IMG/VR virus record: IMGVR_UViG_3300013713_000001
Span: 128,001 to 192,000 of that record
Length of the DNA stretch: 64,000 nt
Direction: 5' to 3' (one strand)
Source: a virus
Lineage: Duplodnaviria; Caudoviricetes
The notes under the pieces: model-generated
What the model saw: the letters and a program-made list of their open reading frames with translations, nothing else
Told to the model about the DNA's origin: nothing
The model's database searches: none
Part shown: one piece after another, positions 1-10,170 of the stretch
How the letters are laid out: every line of letters starts with the position of its first letter
Numbering within the stretch: the stretch's first letter is position 1
Program-made: the position numbers and the translations under genes

Positions 1-409
1 TCTGCAGGTGGGACTGGGCGTTCAGCACCAGGTTGGCCGCGCGGATCGACTGCTCGTCGCCCTTGAAGTTCTGCAGCGAGAAACCTTCCTGACCTGCGAC
101 AGCGGCGAAGTTCTGGCCGCTGGAGTTGAAGCTTTCGATGAGGTCGCTGGCGCGGCCTTTGATGTCTTGGGCCCAGGCGCTTTTGATCGCGTCGAAGTTG
201 TTCGGCTTGAAGCCGTCGAACATTTTCTTGACCTGCAGCGATTCGCTACCGCTGACCGAGCTCAGGGCGCTCTGGAATTCCTGGTAGCTTTCGCTGCCAT
301 TCACCGAGGCCAGGTTGCCGGAAGCGAGGGCCTGCTTGGCGGCGTGGAAGAGGTTCGGGGACTTGTCGACACCCGCTTTGACGCTTTTCAGTTTCAGATC
401 GTTAGCCAT
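1..409 (-). CDS. Major capsid protein, N-terminal part (runs off window start; phiKZ gp120-like)
   Basis: Not in the ORF track. Hand translation from ATG at 409 (AGGA RBS upstream) gives MANDLKLKSVKAGVDKSPNLFHAAKQALASGNLASVNGSESYQEFQSALSSVSGSESLQ...AAVAGQEGFSLQNFKGDEQSIRAANLVLNAQSHLQ. It has strong codon bias, a propeptide with three G-x-E sites, and the helicase / small gene / capsid order of phiKZ gp118-120. Confidence 0.7.
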   Translation of the reverse strand, partial: MANDLKLKSVKAGVDKSPNLFHAAKQALASGNLASVNGSESYQEFQSALSSVSGSESLQVKKMFDGFKPNNFDAIKSAWAQDIKGRASDLIESFNSSGQNFAAVAGQEGFSLQNFKGDEQSIRAANLVLNAQSHLQ

Positions 410-485
410 GATACATTCCTGTCGAGAAAGTTGTTATGCAAGTTAATGCGGTATTAAACTGCACATAAAATACTATACCGCTTTG

Positions 486-1031
486 TCAGGGGTTCTGCCG
501 GTTCACAAAGGCGTAAACGTTTGCCATGGAAAACACCCCTACAGCGGGACGTATTACCTTACCGTTATGAACTTTCAGATAACCTACTTGCTCATAAAGT
601 GTTTGCTGCAATGCCAGAGAGAGCGTACGACCTTTCAACGACTCCCATCCAGCGGTGGAAACACGGTCTTCCGGTTCGATAACCAGGAGGATCGTCTGAC
701 CCACAGAAATCGATTTGAAGTGCGTAGAGCGCAACAGGTGTTCGCGTAACGAATTACTGTCGATCTCATTGAATGCTTGCTCAACCATACCGCCGTTGTA
801 ACCGTCACCAAAGAGCGTCGTCAATTCGGGCATGTCTACACCCAGAAGTCTGGCCGCTTCTTGCTGTACAGCAATGTAAGCCGCTACCTGGTGAAACGTC
901 AACTTGTCATGGTATGAATGAATTTTGTGCAGATCCATCAGTTGGATCTTGCTGACCTGAACGGCCTCCAAGAGGTCGCTGGTCAAGAAGATTACATGGA
1001 ACGGATCTCCGTTCGGATATTTGAAGATCAT
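486..1031 (-). CDS. Hypothetical protein between helicase and capsid gene
   Basis: 181-aa ORF with GGAG-like RBS, divergent from the helicase. Confidence 0.65.
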   Translation of the reverse strand: MIFKYPNGDPFHVIFLTSDLLEAVQVSKIQLMDLHKIHSYHDKLTFHQVAAYIAVQQEAARLLGVDMPELTTLFGDGYNGGMVEQAFNEIDSNSLREHLLRSTHFKSISVGQTILLVIEPEDRVSTAGWESLKGRTLSLALQQTLYEQVGYLKVHNGKVIRPAVGVFSMANVYAFVNRQNP

Positions 1032-1057
1032 TGGTATTTTGCTCCTAGGAGTTAGGA

Positions 1058-2587
1058 ATGAACGATTTGCTGGTGTTGGTCAAAATACTGACCTCGGTGT
1101 ATCAGGCAAAAAAGCTTAAAGACAAAAACCTGACCACCGAACTAACTGAAATTCTGGAAGAACTGCCGGCACCTCCTCCCGACATTTTGACGCAAGACAA
1201 GGCGCTTCGGGAAGGGATTCGAGCCGCAATCTTCTGGACCCTCGAACAGGAGGATGGAGATCCGCTTATAAAATCTCTGTTGCAACAGCGTATCGCCGTA
1301 TTTAGCAAAGGCGATGACACAATCAAGAAGGTTGTGGCTGATGGCATGGAAGACTTTGAATCGGAAGAAATGGTTCGTCGGTTGATCTTTAGACAGATCA
1401 AGGACATTCGTAAGAACGCTCAGGAAGAAGCCTTCCAGAAGAAGTTCCGTCAAAAGATCCGTGACTTTGCGTACAAAGATCTCCACGAGATGAAACGTGA
1501 AGACTGGGGTGCTTTGCTGGACCTTATCCAAGAAAGGGTTAACGACTCGTTTAACGAACGTCAATCCGAAGTAGTGGTGTCGGTCAACACCAATGACCCA
1601 GCGAGCATGTTGGCGGTCATCGAATTGGCCAAGCGGGAGAAGAGTCCCGAAGGTATCTTGATCAGTCCGCTCCAAGGTCTGAACATTGCAATGTACCCTG
1701 ACGGTGGGTTTAACCGTAACAAGACGTACATGATCGAAGCCCTGACCAACCGGGGTAAGTCATTGACCATGGGTCATCTCCTGTGGGGTATTGCGAAGTA
1801 CAACAAGCCGTTCCTTCGTGACCCTTCGAAGATCCCTACTATCTGCTTCGACTCATCGGAAGACACGATGGGCTTGGTACTCGAGCGGATGTACAAGCTG
1901 AGCTGTGCAGCGTCGTTGGACATGGACGCTAACTTCTTGAGCGATGATTCGATCTCTATTGCTGATGAGATCGCCAAGTCGTTTAAAGAGAACGGTTGGT
2001 TCCTCGTCATCAACCAGATCGAATCGAACAAAGAGGACATGAACCGCTTGATGGATCGTGTTCGTACCTTGGAGCTCAAAGGTCACGAGATTATCCTCTA
2101 CGGTTACGACTACCTGGCCTTGATGAACTACGACAAGATCCCAGGCGACAGCAAGTCTGACAAACTGCAGTTGTTGTACCGTCGTGTTCGTTCGTTCATG
2201 ATCAACCGCGGTATCTGCTTCATCACTCCTCACCAGCTTAACCCGGATGCTAAGCGTTCGTTGAAAGAGATGGATGACGAGAGTGAGGTGTACTTCATTC
2301 GTGAGACCGCTGGACAGTCGATGACTGAAACGTCGACAAAGATCACTAACGAAGTGGATTGTGTATTGGGGATTCACGTAGCTCGCGGTCAGCAAGCCAG
2401 CTACTGGTGCTGCATGCTTGGGAAGATGCGGGGTGAAGGTGCCCCTCCACCTGATCGGTTCTTCTTCTACAAGCTTGATCCGAAGTTTGGGTTACTCCAT
2501 GACATTATGGGCAAACCCATGTTCCGACGCAGCCTGCAACAACGCATTACCGAACGTGGCTTAGAGAACGACTCCGACATGATGTAA
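1058..2587 (+). CDS. DnaB-like replicative helicase
   Basis: Walker A ALTNRGKS, conserved Glu (SSED), Walker B-like YDYL, HQLN motif, K-x-R finger (GKMRG). Confidence 0.88.
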   Translation: MNDLLVLVKILTSVYQAKKLKDKNLTTELTEILEELPAPPPDILTQDKALREGIRAAIFWTLEQEDGDPLIKSLLQQRIAVFSKGDDTIKKVVADGMEDFESEEMVRRLIFRQIKDIRKNAQEEAFQKKFRQKIRDFAYKDLHEMKREDWGALLDLIQERVNDSFNERQSEVVVSVNTNDPASMLAVIELAKREKSPEGILISPLQGLNIAMYPDGGFNRNKTYMIEALTNRGKSLTMGHLLWGIAKYNKPFLRDPSKIPTICFDSSEDTMGLVLERMYKLSCAASLDMDANFLSDDSISIADEIAKSFKENGWFLVINQIESNKEDMNRLMDRVRTLELKGHEIILYGYDYLALMNYDKIPGDSKSDKLQLLYRRVRSFMINRGICFITPHQLNPDAKRSLKEMDDESEVYFIRETAGQSMTETSTKITNEVDCVLGIHVARGQQASYWCCMLGKMRGEGAPPPDRFFFYKLDPKFGLLHDIMGKPMFRRSLQQRITERGLENDSDMM

Positions 2588-2613
2588 TCGAAGAAAAAAG
2601 AAACATAGTTTAG

Positions 2614-2644
2614 TACCCTACCAGCCCTGAGGGCTGGTAGGGTA
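2614..2644. terminator. Bidirectional terminator hairpin
   Basis: TACCCTACCAGCCC-TGA-GGGCTGGTAGGGTA between convergent genes. Confidence 0.8.
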
Positions 2645-2656
2645 ACTATGTCTGCT

Positions 2657-3205
2657 TTAGAGCTTTATCCCGTAGGACTCACGGACCATTGCGTCATAGG
2701 TGGCCATCGCCAGAGCTACATCGCCTTTAGTGATCCACTGGAGCTGAGCCATACAAGCTTCTTTCTCCCACGGTTGAGTCAGGTAGCCCTGTATCTCGAT
2801 CTTGTGGTATTCACCTTCCCAACGCATCTCCATGAATGCGATCGATTCCATACGACCGTCCCATACCTGCTTAACGTGCGTCATCTCGTGAATCAGCGTG
2901 CCGATGTTCATGAACTCTTCACAGATTCCTTCATGGTCCTTGTATTGACCTTTCATGTTCTCCGGGTAGATTACCACGGACAGCGGGTCCTCTTTGTTGT
3001 AGCTGACCTTCAGGGTCTCCAAGTCCAGGTGAGAAACAAACGCTTGAACCGGCGCATTGTCAATCTCAGGGAAGTCCCCTTTCTTGGCAAAGACGATATG
3101 CAAGGTTTTCCCCGGGTAACGTCTTTCAACATTGAAGACGTATTGCAGGCCATGATTACCAAACACGTTGCAGAAAGTTTCAACAGTGCCATTAATGAAT
3201 TGCAT
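2657..3205 (-). CDS. Putative zincin metallopeptidase
   Basis: HEMTHVKQ (HExxH) plus downstream PWEKEA; early-promoter motifs upstream. Confidence 0.65.
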   Translation of the reverse strand: MQFINGTVETFCNVFGNHGLQYVFNVERRYPGKTLHIVFAKKGDFPEIDNAPVQAFVSHLDLETLKVSYNKEDPLSVVIYPENMKGQYKDHEGICEEFMNIGTLIHEMTHVKQVWDGRMESIAFMEMRWEGEYHKIEIQGYLTQPWEKEACMAQLQWITKGDVALAMATYDAMVRESYGIKL

Positions 3206-3344
3206 GATAGATTCCTTAAGGACAAATGAGATATAGGCTAGAACGCGCTGTAAGGCGCATTGTGCCGTTTAACTGGATAACACCAAGCTTTGTGTGTCTG
3301 AGAAACTAAACGTCTCAGAAACGTTATCTGTTGCTTTACTACAC

Positions 3345-3365
3345 GGATAATGTAGGTTTGAAAAA
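3345..3365 (-). promoter_or_regulatory. Putative early (virion RNAP) promoter
   Basis: Minus strand TTTTTCAAACCTACATTATCC matches the motif at 46431, 51471, 60014 and 61714; a weaker copy lies at 3226-3243. Confidence 0.6.
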
Positions 3366-3382
3366 CGGCAAACCTTAAGTAT

Positions 3383-3417
3383 AACCTCCTCCTAGCCGTT
3401 GGGCTAGGAGGAGGGTT
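3383..3417 (-). terminator. Terminator hairpin
   Basis: CCTCCTCCTAGCC-GTTG-GGCTAGGAGGAGG downstream of ORF 3462-4346. Confidence 0.75.
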
Positions 3418-3461
3418 CAACGGTTGGGAGTACTACTATAATCGTTACAGTAATTTTTTAC

Positions 3462-4346
3462 TTATTTTCCAATTGGCACGTCAGTCCCGAAATCCAGGTC
3501 GATCGATGCGCCTTCCGGCGTGATGTAATGACAGATCGAATTACCACCTTTAGCCGTAGTAACCACGAGCAACGAACCGTTCGATTGAAGGGTTACCGTA
3601 TGTTGGCCAAATCGGTTACCGTTGCCAAAGTGAATAGAACCACTAGCACCCTCCTTACCCTGGGCCCCAAAGGTGAAGAAGTTTTTGCGTTCTTCTTCGG
3701 TCGCTTTGGAAGTCGATAGCACAAATTTCAAAATGGCCATCAGGAGCCCTTTGGTCGGCTCAGACAGTTTGTGCAAGTGAGTCAGCTCAACCACACTGTC
3801 TTCGTGCAGTGGTCCTGAGAGTGCATTCAGTAACCCACCCAAGAAGTCGAAATTACTGGCTGCGACCGAGATTCTTTTACGGTAGGCCAAGCCGTTCTTC
3901 TCGAACCACCCACGGGACCGGAGTGCCTCCTCAATAGCGTCTCCAAACGCCTGCTGGTTTTCTTTGGAGAGGATCTCCATGGTCTCGAAGCCAATGCTGA
4001 CGTCCTTAGGCTTCACGCACTCCTTGATCCCCCGCAGCTCGTCCAAGATCTCCTTAAGGAGGTTTGGGGTATGCTCCTTAATGGGGTCCATCTCAGTACG
4101 GCTTAGCCCTACAGGGGCTTTGTCCGGAATACTAGGACCTTGGCATGCCTTGGTGAATGCCTCTCGTAGGCCATTGGTATTGGGGTTGGTTAATAGGGCC
4201 TGGGTCACCTTGGCTAACTCATCCAGGTTAACCACCACATGAACCCCGAATACCCCCTGCCGTTGCAGCTGGAAGTTCAAAAGAATAGCTTCATGTTCAG
4301 TCGAAACATAAAGAGTATTTACGTCTTGGGCCATTTTCTTCTTCAC
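3462..4346 (-). CDS. Hypothetical protein
   Basis: 294-aa ORF bounded by hairpins; no recognisable motif. Confidence 0.7.
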   Translation of the reverse strand: MKKKMAQDVNTLYVSTEHEAILLNFQLQRQGVFGVHVVVNLDELAKVTQALLTNPNTNGLREAFTKACQGPSIPDKAPVGLSRTEMDPIKEHTPNLLKEILDELRGIKECVKPKDVSIGFETMEILSKENQQAFGDAIEEALRSRGWFEKNGLAYRKRISVAASNFDFLGGLLNALSGPLHEDSVVELTHLHKLSEPTKGLLMAILKFVLSTSKATEEERKNFFTFGAQGKEGASGSIHFGNGNRFGQHTVTLQSNGSLLVVTTAKGGNSICHYITPEGASIDLDFGTDVPIGK

Positions 4347-4423
4347 TTTTTCTGGTTTATGGGTTTGCTAACAATAAAAAGAACCCTGGGTTTAAAAATA
4401 AAGATCAAAAGCATAGAAGGAAG

Positions 4424-4449
4424 GGGTACTAGCCTAACGGCTAGTACCC
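4424..4449 (-). terminator. Terminator hairpin
   Basis: GGGTACTAGCC-TAAC-GGCTAGTACCC after the structural operon. Confidence 0.75.
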
Positions 4450-4529
4450 TATTATTTATAGAAAATAATCCCCTTTCCCCAGCCAACTACCTAGAACCGT
4501 ATAGTAACAGCACGCTACTTAAAAGTTAC

Positions 4530-5870
4530 TTACGTCACTTCTACGATCTGGTTGTTCAGGAACAGAGACAGTGCAGTGCTCTGCCTAAACTTCAGGTCCT
4601 TTGGTGTTTGCTGGTCTCGGTTATGCTCCGTGCGTGCACCGATAAGCGTTCCCTCCTTGTAGGACAGTACGTCCCCGGTCATGTAGAAGAACCTGACCGG
4701 CATTCCTGGCTCAAGCTTGCTGTGGTCCGAGTTCATCCACTGAATGGTCTCAAGCGTCCCTTCACTGAAAGCATTTTCAGACAAGTGCTTGGCAAGGTTG
4801 TTTGTGGGCTGGTCAGTAAACGGTGACATCTCCTCACCACTGGCCCGTTGCGAGGTAGCGTACTCGCTCACGGTGTCAGCACGGGTACTCAGGTGAATGC
4901 CCTTGTTATAGTGCGACCCTGTTTCACCCATGATGGCATCGGGGCTGATGATCCGTTTACCAGTGCCCTTGTTCTGCTTGACGATATCCCGTCCATCGAT
5001 GTGCTTGGCATTCCCTGTGGAGAGAATGGTCGTTACCTTTCCTTCCGTGAAGTGGGTCACCTCCAGGGTAGGAAAGACGTCGGACGGCAAGCGGTAGATA
5101 TTTAAGACCTTACGGGCGGTCTCATAACGGTTCATCTTGAACAAGGGGAAGATATACCACATGCCCTTGCGGTAATACATCCCGAACCCTTTCGAGTAGA
5201 AGCCGAACTGATCATTGTTCTGCAGCCAGTCCCCAAGGTCCTTTAGGGGGACCGGTGGCGAGATGTCAATGATCGGGTAGATCTTCTGATTGTCCACCAG
5301 AGGCTCGATATCGACACCCTTCCAGGCATCCTGCCCAATAAGGTTCAGCTGCTTACCGTACTTGATCAGCTGGAACAGCAATGCGTCCTGCACCGTTTCC
5401 ATCAGGTGCTTGTCGGAGATGATCACGTTCTTCAACAAAGCATAGCCAGGCTCCATCATCTGGAACTGGACTTCAATGAGGTTCAGGTGGTCCTTTGCTT
5501 CCATGTTGGCAAGCTTGACACTGTTGCTTTCCATCTGGGGGTTAGCGTCCCCCATTGGAATCGCACGGTAACGTTGGGTCACCTGAGTCAATCCTTGTCG
5601 TTCGGTGACCTCAATAAACAGATTATCCTTATTTTTCAATACCTTATTCATGTACACGCCGGGTTGGATCTGCCCTCGGATGCGCAAGTCATCGGAGCGG
5701 TTCAGGGCGTACATGCTAAACCGTGACATCCCCCCAGGCATCAGCAGCTCGAACTGCCCATTGTCTGGGGTAATGATCATGGCGGTTAAGGTAGACATCG
5801 AGTAGGTCTGGTAGGTGTTAACCTTTCGCGCAAACTCGATGATGTTAGCTAACGCGCGAGGCATCTCCAT
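4530..5870 (-). CDS. Virion structural protein, probable baseplate hub-like (phiKZ gp101-like)
   Basis: 446 aa, beta-rich, ends the structural operon; C-terminal LEPGMPVRF resembles hub proteins; synteny. Confidence 0.45.
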   Translation of the reverse strand: MEMPRALANIIEFARKVNTYQTYSMSTLTAMIITPDNGQFELLMPGGMSRFSMYALNRSDDLRIRGQIQPGVYMNKVLKNKDNLFIEVTERQGLTQVTQRYRAIPMGDANPQMESNSVKLANMEAKDHLNLIEVQFQMMEPGYALLKNVIISDKHLMETVQDALLFQLIKYGKQLNLIGQDAWKGVDIEPLVDNQKIYPIIDISPPVPLKDLGDWLQNNDQFGFYSKGFGMYYRKGMWYIFPLFKMNRYETARKVLNIYRLPSDVFPTLEVTHFTEGKVTTILSTGNAKHIDGRDIVKQNKGTGKRIISPDAIMGETGSHYNKGIHLSTRADTVSEYATSQRASGEEMSPFTDQPTNNLAKHLSENAFSEGTLETIQWMNSDHSKLEPGMPVRFFYMTGDVLSYKEGTLIGARTEHNRDQQTPKDLKFRQSTALSLFLNNQIVEVT

Positions 5871-6604
5871 CAGCTGTTACCCCTAAAGGACCAGTCTGGC
5901 AGTGAGGTTTCTACTTGAGGGCTAAACAAACCATCACTGATAGCCTCACTCGGAGTAAGCGAGTTCAGCATGGAGAGGTCTTCCTGGGTCACGGTAGAGC
6001 GTCCAGTATCGATACCCAGTCCTTCCAGGTAGCTGATAAAGTCCAGGTCGTCCTTTTTGTCCATTTCCAAGGAGGTCATGCCAAACAGGGCAGCCAGGCT
6101 CATGAAGCTGTCCTCGACGTGTTTCGCCTGTTCTTCCTTTGTAAGGAACGTGTCGCAGACCTTTAGGTATTGCTTGATCTTTTTGTACTCCGGGTAGAGG
6201 CAGTACGCCAAGCTCTCAATGTCCCGAAGTTCATCCAGCGGCGGTGGGCGGAATTCAGTGGCGTTTGTCACCAGTTCCACCCACAGCCGGATGTAACTTT
6301 GCGCTGCCTCAAAGATCTCGACAATGTGATCGTTGGGCCGAGAGAACCCTAGGTCTCGTTCCTTTGCCAGATTCGGGAGAATCTTGACGATCCGATGACA
6401 CTCCATCTGGACCTCTTGATACTCCTCGTAACGGGTGGGGTCCCCAATGACATCGTCGCGGGTAAAGATTTCGCGATTACGGAGTTCCTCAACTGTCATC
6501 ATCATGGCCGGCGTAACCCGCACAGGGTAGAGGCGGTTGTTCAGGATGTTGTACAGTCTGAAGATCTCTTCCCTTATGTAGTTATACCGTTTAAGGTCGA
6601 GCAT
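5870..6604 (-). CDS. Conserved jumbo-phage hypothetical protein
   Basis: 244-aa ORF translationally coupled to neighbours. Confidence 0.7.
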   Translation of the reverse strand: MLDLKRYNYIREEIFRLYNILNNRLYPVRVTPAMMMTVEELRNREIFTRDDVIGDPTRYEEYQEVQMECHRIVKILPNLAKERDLGFSRPNDHIVEIFEAAQSYIRLWVELVTNATEFRPPPLDELRDIESLAYCLYPEYKKIKQYLKVCDTFLTKEEQAKHVEDSFMSLAALFGMTSLEMDKKDDLDFISYLEGLGIDTGRSTVTQEDLSMLNSLTPSEAISDGLFSPQVETSLPDWSFRGNS

Positions 6605-7909
6605 TTAGAAAGATCCTTGAATTTTCCGAGAGAACTCGATCAAGCGCAGGAGGATGGCTCCGTGGTAGAGGCGTTCCATCGGCGTCAAGTCGAAATAGCC
6701 GCTAACGTACTTCAGTAAACGTTCATGGTCGATCTGCTGGTCTCGGTAGGAGCTGTAGACCAGTCCTTCGAATTCACCTTCAGGGTGTCCCTTATAGAAA
6801 CCCTCAGAGAACATGTAGGAGATGTCTTGCTCTGGACTAGGACGAACAACCGGATACCCCGAGAGGATGTTGATCGACGGGTAGGTCTTAAAGTCTTCAG
6901 GGTTCGTGGTGACAAACCAACGGATGCGACTCGACCGCAGGTTGCCGTAGAGTCGGGTGGCTTCTAGGCGGTTCACATCAATAATCTTTGCCTGACGCTT
7001 ACACAGCGGCAAGATGTTCATGTCACAGCGCAAGAGGAACGTCCAGATGTTGATCGGGCCATAGCGGTTCTTTTCCAGTCCACCGTATTGCAGGGAGAAC
7101 TGGTTGATGACCGGGTACGTCCTTCGCAGGTCTGGGGTGATCATTGCGGTCAGGAAGTTTACCAGGTAGGGGTCGTAGATCTTTTCGCTCTTTCCTGGGA
7201 TCCCTTCAGGCCGATCATAGACAATCGTGTTCTCTGGGTTCCAGAAGAACTCCGAGAGGATGTATTCCACAATCGTCGACTTCCAACCAAACAGGGTCTT
7301 GGCAGTTTTCTCCAGCTCCGAACTGATAAGGGTCTTGCCACCGTGCAATGCAGAGTCCCGGTAGTAGACCCGCCGCTTGACCACACGAGACTCTAACAGG
7401 ACGTCCAACCGCTCGCTCATGATCTGCAGGAAAGCGAACTGGAACTCGTAGACCTTGTTTGCGGTTACCTCACGGATCTCTGGTTGTTCAGTGATCGCGA
7501 AGAGTCCAGCGTTACCATCGCCAATGTCGATAACAAAGACATCGTGCAGGATAGGCGGTTCGTCAAGGATGACCCGAGCGGTAAACTTCTTTTCCGACTC
7601 ACCGGTCTGAGGGTTGAAGCTAAACGAGCCGTTACCGTCGTTCAACAACAGTGGCAGGTTTTCAATCCGCACGTAGGGTTGGTACGTTCCTACCCCATCA
7701 GGTGTAAACGACTTTGGTTCCTCTTGAGCATTGAGAAACTGCCGGTAGTACAAGGCAACCCGTGGAGTACCACTGTCCTGGGAGAGCAACGCACGTTCCG
7801 GCTGGTAGGTGCTCTGGACGATCGAGTGTCGGTAGTTGTCGCTAAAGATCTTTGGTGCTTCTGGAGCCGGCGGTGTTTTCTCACCCAGCGGCTTAATAGA
7901 CCATGCCAT
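6605..7909 (-). CDS. Putative virion structural protein
   Basis: 434-aa ORF in the structural operon; synteny with the phiKZ gp98-100 region. Confidence 0.55.
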   Translation of the reverse strand: MAWSIKPLGEKTPPAPEAPKIFSDNYRHSIVQSTYQPERALLSQDSGTPRVALYYRQFLNAQEEPKSFTPDGVGTYQPYVRIENLPLLLNDGNGSFSFNPQTGESEKKFTARVILDEPPILHDVFVIDIGDGNAGLFAITEQPEIREVTANKVYEFQFAFLQIMSERLDVLLESRVVKRRVYYRDSALHGGKTLISSELEKTAKTLFGWKSTIVEYILSEFFWNPENTIVYDRPEGIPGKSEKIYDPYLVNFLTAMITPDLRRTYPVINQFSLQYGGLEKNRYGPINIWTFLLRCDMNILPLCKRQAKIIDVNRLEATRLYGNLRSSRIRWFVTTNPEDFKTYPSINILSGYPVVRPSPEQDISYMFSEGFYKGHPEGEFEGLVYSSYRDQQIDHERLLKYVSGYFDLTPMERLYHGAILLRLIEFSRKIQGSF

Positions 7910-7914
7910 GATGT

Positions 7915-9420
7915 TTATCCTCTAACGTTGTGGGCCACGATACCAAACAGTCCCTGGTAGATATTGAAGCGGAAGCCCACCCGCCCGTGTCCAAGATCGA
8001 TGTTGTGGAGGATCGTAGGGATATTGGCCATCCACGGTTTTGGGAACTTGTTAAAGTCGATCCAGTTAAAGATCGTTCGGATCACCCCCCAGTACCCGTC
8101 ATCATCGTCACCTACGTCGTCCCACAGTTGTTTACTGTAGTCCCGAATGGCGTAGTCAATATTCACCACGAGGTGGTAGGTCAACTTTAACTTGGGGCGT
8201 TTCAACAGTGTTACCGTACCGTCTTCATCCATCTTCAAGAACTTCGAAGGAACAAGCTGGTTTCCTTCAAACAGTTGGAACAGGAACGGGGTCTCGTGGT
8301 GACGGAAGGCCACTTCATGTCGGCGCTTGATGTAATTCACTGCACCAGGTCGCCACTTGAACTCAGGCAACTCAAAGACGTTACCAAGCACCTGGGTCTC
8401 CTCATCCTGCAACGCCAGCTGAGCCTGCACCACCGGCTGGATCCACCACTGGTAGGGCGCGGTCCAAGGGTCGTGTGCGGGCAGCTTTAGGAAGTACGGA
8501 CTCTGTACAAAGTCCATCGGCGGGTTGATCTCTCGACCCGAGGTGATCTCAGGACCGGAGGCGACTCCGGCGTACTTCGTAAAACCATCTTGAGGACGGG
8601 GGATATAGCCTTCAGGAATTTGTTCCTGGTAGACGTTTAGCGGGTAGTCGATTTCCCAACCCGCAAACTGGTTGAAAAAGAAGGTGTAACTGAACTCAAC
8701 TTCGAACTGCCCATACGACTGGCCTTTCTGGACCTTCGCGACAAACGGATCAGTAAAGCTAATCCCGATGTTGTTTGGGCGTAGAGGTACCACGATTTGC
8801 GGAAGCTCGCCTGCAACGTTTGTGATCTCGACAAAGTTGAACTGGGCGTACTGACCAAACCAGTCCTGAAACCCAGGGAGGTCAGGTTCGTTGCGTTTCA
8901 ACATGTCATACAGGGTTTCAATGAAACGAATGACCCCCTTGTTGAACAGCATGTGCACCGTAGGGGTAAAGTTGAAGTCCACCACCTGGTTCTTACGCTG
9001 ACGGTTGATCTTTGTTACAAATGCCTTTGCAGAGGCTTCGGTGTTGAAACGAGAGACCACCTTTACCCGAATCTGTTTGCCTTCAAAGGAAGGACAGATA
9101 ATCAGGGGAAGTTCCTTGTTCAGGAATACTGGGCGCTCAGTCATCTCTCGACGCAGGTCCCAGAACTCGCTGTCCTCAACATCGGCAGAGATAAAGATCT
9201 TGTTGCGGAACGTACCGTCTGTGTAACGGTCAGCTCCCATACCGTCACCTTGGTTAGTCCCGATCAACTTCACAACGTCAGCTTGACCGTTGAAATAGAT
9301 GTTCGTAGCCGAGCGCAGTCCATAGAAATCCAACACTGCAATCATCGAATCGTAAATAGCGGGACGAAGAAAGCTGTCGTAGTTCTCTTCGGCCGGCACA
9401 GTTGTGTGTAACATAACCAC
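7915..9420 (-). CDS. Putative virion structural protein
   Basis: 501-aa ORF with AAGGA RBS, aromatic/beta-rich, in the structural block. Confidence 0.55.
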   Translation of the reverse strand: MVMLHTTVPAEENYDSFLRPAIYDSMIAVLDFYGLRSATNIYFNGQADVVKLIGTNQGDGMGADRYTDGTFRNKIFISADVEDSEFWDLRREMTERPVFLNKELPLIICPSFEGKQIRVKVVSRFNTEASAKAFVTKINRQRKNQVVDFNFTPTVHMLFNKGVIRFIETLYDMLKRNEPDLPGFQDWFGQYAQFNFVEITNVAGELPQIVVPLRPNNIGISFTDPFVAKVQKGQSYGQFEVEFSYTFFFNQFAGWEIDYPLNVYQEQIPEGYIPRPQDGFTKYAGVASGPEITSGREINPPMDFVQSPYFLKLPAHDPWTAPYQWWIQPVVQAQLALQDEETQVLGNVFELPEFKWRPGAVNYIKRRHEVAFRHHETPFLFQLFEGNQLVPSKFLKMDEDGTVTLLKRPKLKLTYHLVVNIDYAIRDYSKQLWDDVGDDDDGYWGVIRTIFNWIDFNKFPKPWMANIPTILHNIDLGHGRVGFRFNIYQGLFGIVAHNVRG

Positions 9421-9429
9421 TCCTTAACT

Positions 9430-9458
9430 CAACGACGGAGGGGATACCTCCGCCGTTG
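9430..9458. terminator. Hairpin, possible terminator or processing site
   Basis: CAACGACGGAGG-GGATA-CCTCCGCCGTTG, imperfect stem in the intergenic gap. Confidence 0.5.
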
Positions 9459-9465
9459 GGTATGG

Positions 9466-10170
9466 CTAACGGTCGGTCGGTTCGCTGGTGTCATCCTTAT
9501 CCACGGTAAACCGGATAAGGAAATTACCTTTACCCTTGACACTCAACACGGCGACGTTTGTAAACATGTCCGTGAAGGTGAGCTGGACTTTGCAACCAGA
9601 CAGCTCTTTGGCACTGAGCGTTTTGTTCCCGTAGCTTTCCAGGTAAGCCACGATCTCGTCTGCTGCTTTCTGTGTAAGATTCCCTTTGGCTGTAAACAGC
9701 GAAGCCTCGGAGACGAACACCTTTTGACTGAGCAGCAGTTGGACACGGGCAGTATCCAGGGGAACACGGACAGGGTCTTTGCAACGCTTGGTGACCTTGT
9801 GGACCATGACGATCACAGACCCGCTCCACACATAGCTCGAAGGGGGGACTTCAACGGTCAGGATCTCCGGAGCCGGTTCATCACTGGCCACGTAGTCGAT
9901 CCCCCTGACCCAGTACAGGCCATAGTTATCGCTGAGCTTTTGAAGAACATCCGAAACCGTTGCTTCCTTTGGAACCCGAAGGTCCACACGGGAGGCTTTC
10001 AGTCGACCCCCCAGATCAGCTTTGGGAATTTCGATCTGTTCTTCTTTGCCATCAACTAGCGTCGCCAGGACAAAGGAGCCTGCACTTCCCTGTTCTACCC
10101 CAACAATCTCGGTTGCTCCGGGTATCTGAGCGAGCAGGGTATTGATAAGACTAGGGTGCAAGAGCTTCAT
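9466..10170 (-). CDS. Putative virion (decoration-type) protein
   Basis: 234 aa; S-x-V-W-x-G-x-V motif is echoed in ORF 11561-12052. Confidence 0.5.
   Translation of the reverse strand: MKLLHPSLINTLLAQIPGATEIVGVEQGSAGSFVLATLVDGKEEQIEIPKADLGGRLKASRVDLRVPKEATVSDVLQKLSDNYGLYWVRGIDYVASDEPAPEILTVEVPPSSYVWSGSVIVMVHKVTKRCKDPVRVPLDTARVQLLLSQKVFVSEASLFTAKGNLTQKAADEIVAYLESYGNKTLSAKELSGCKVQLTFTDMFTNVAVLSVKGKGNFLIRFTVDKDDTSEPTDR

Noticed and set aside
8-457. 149-aa plus-strand ORF
   Set aside because: It is the antisense shadow of the capsid N-terminus; the minus frame has an RBS, biased codons and G-x-E sites
3238-3420. 60-aa minus-strand ORF
   Set aside because: Overlaps a terminator hairpin and promoter motifs; better explained as regulatory DNA
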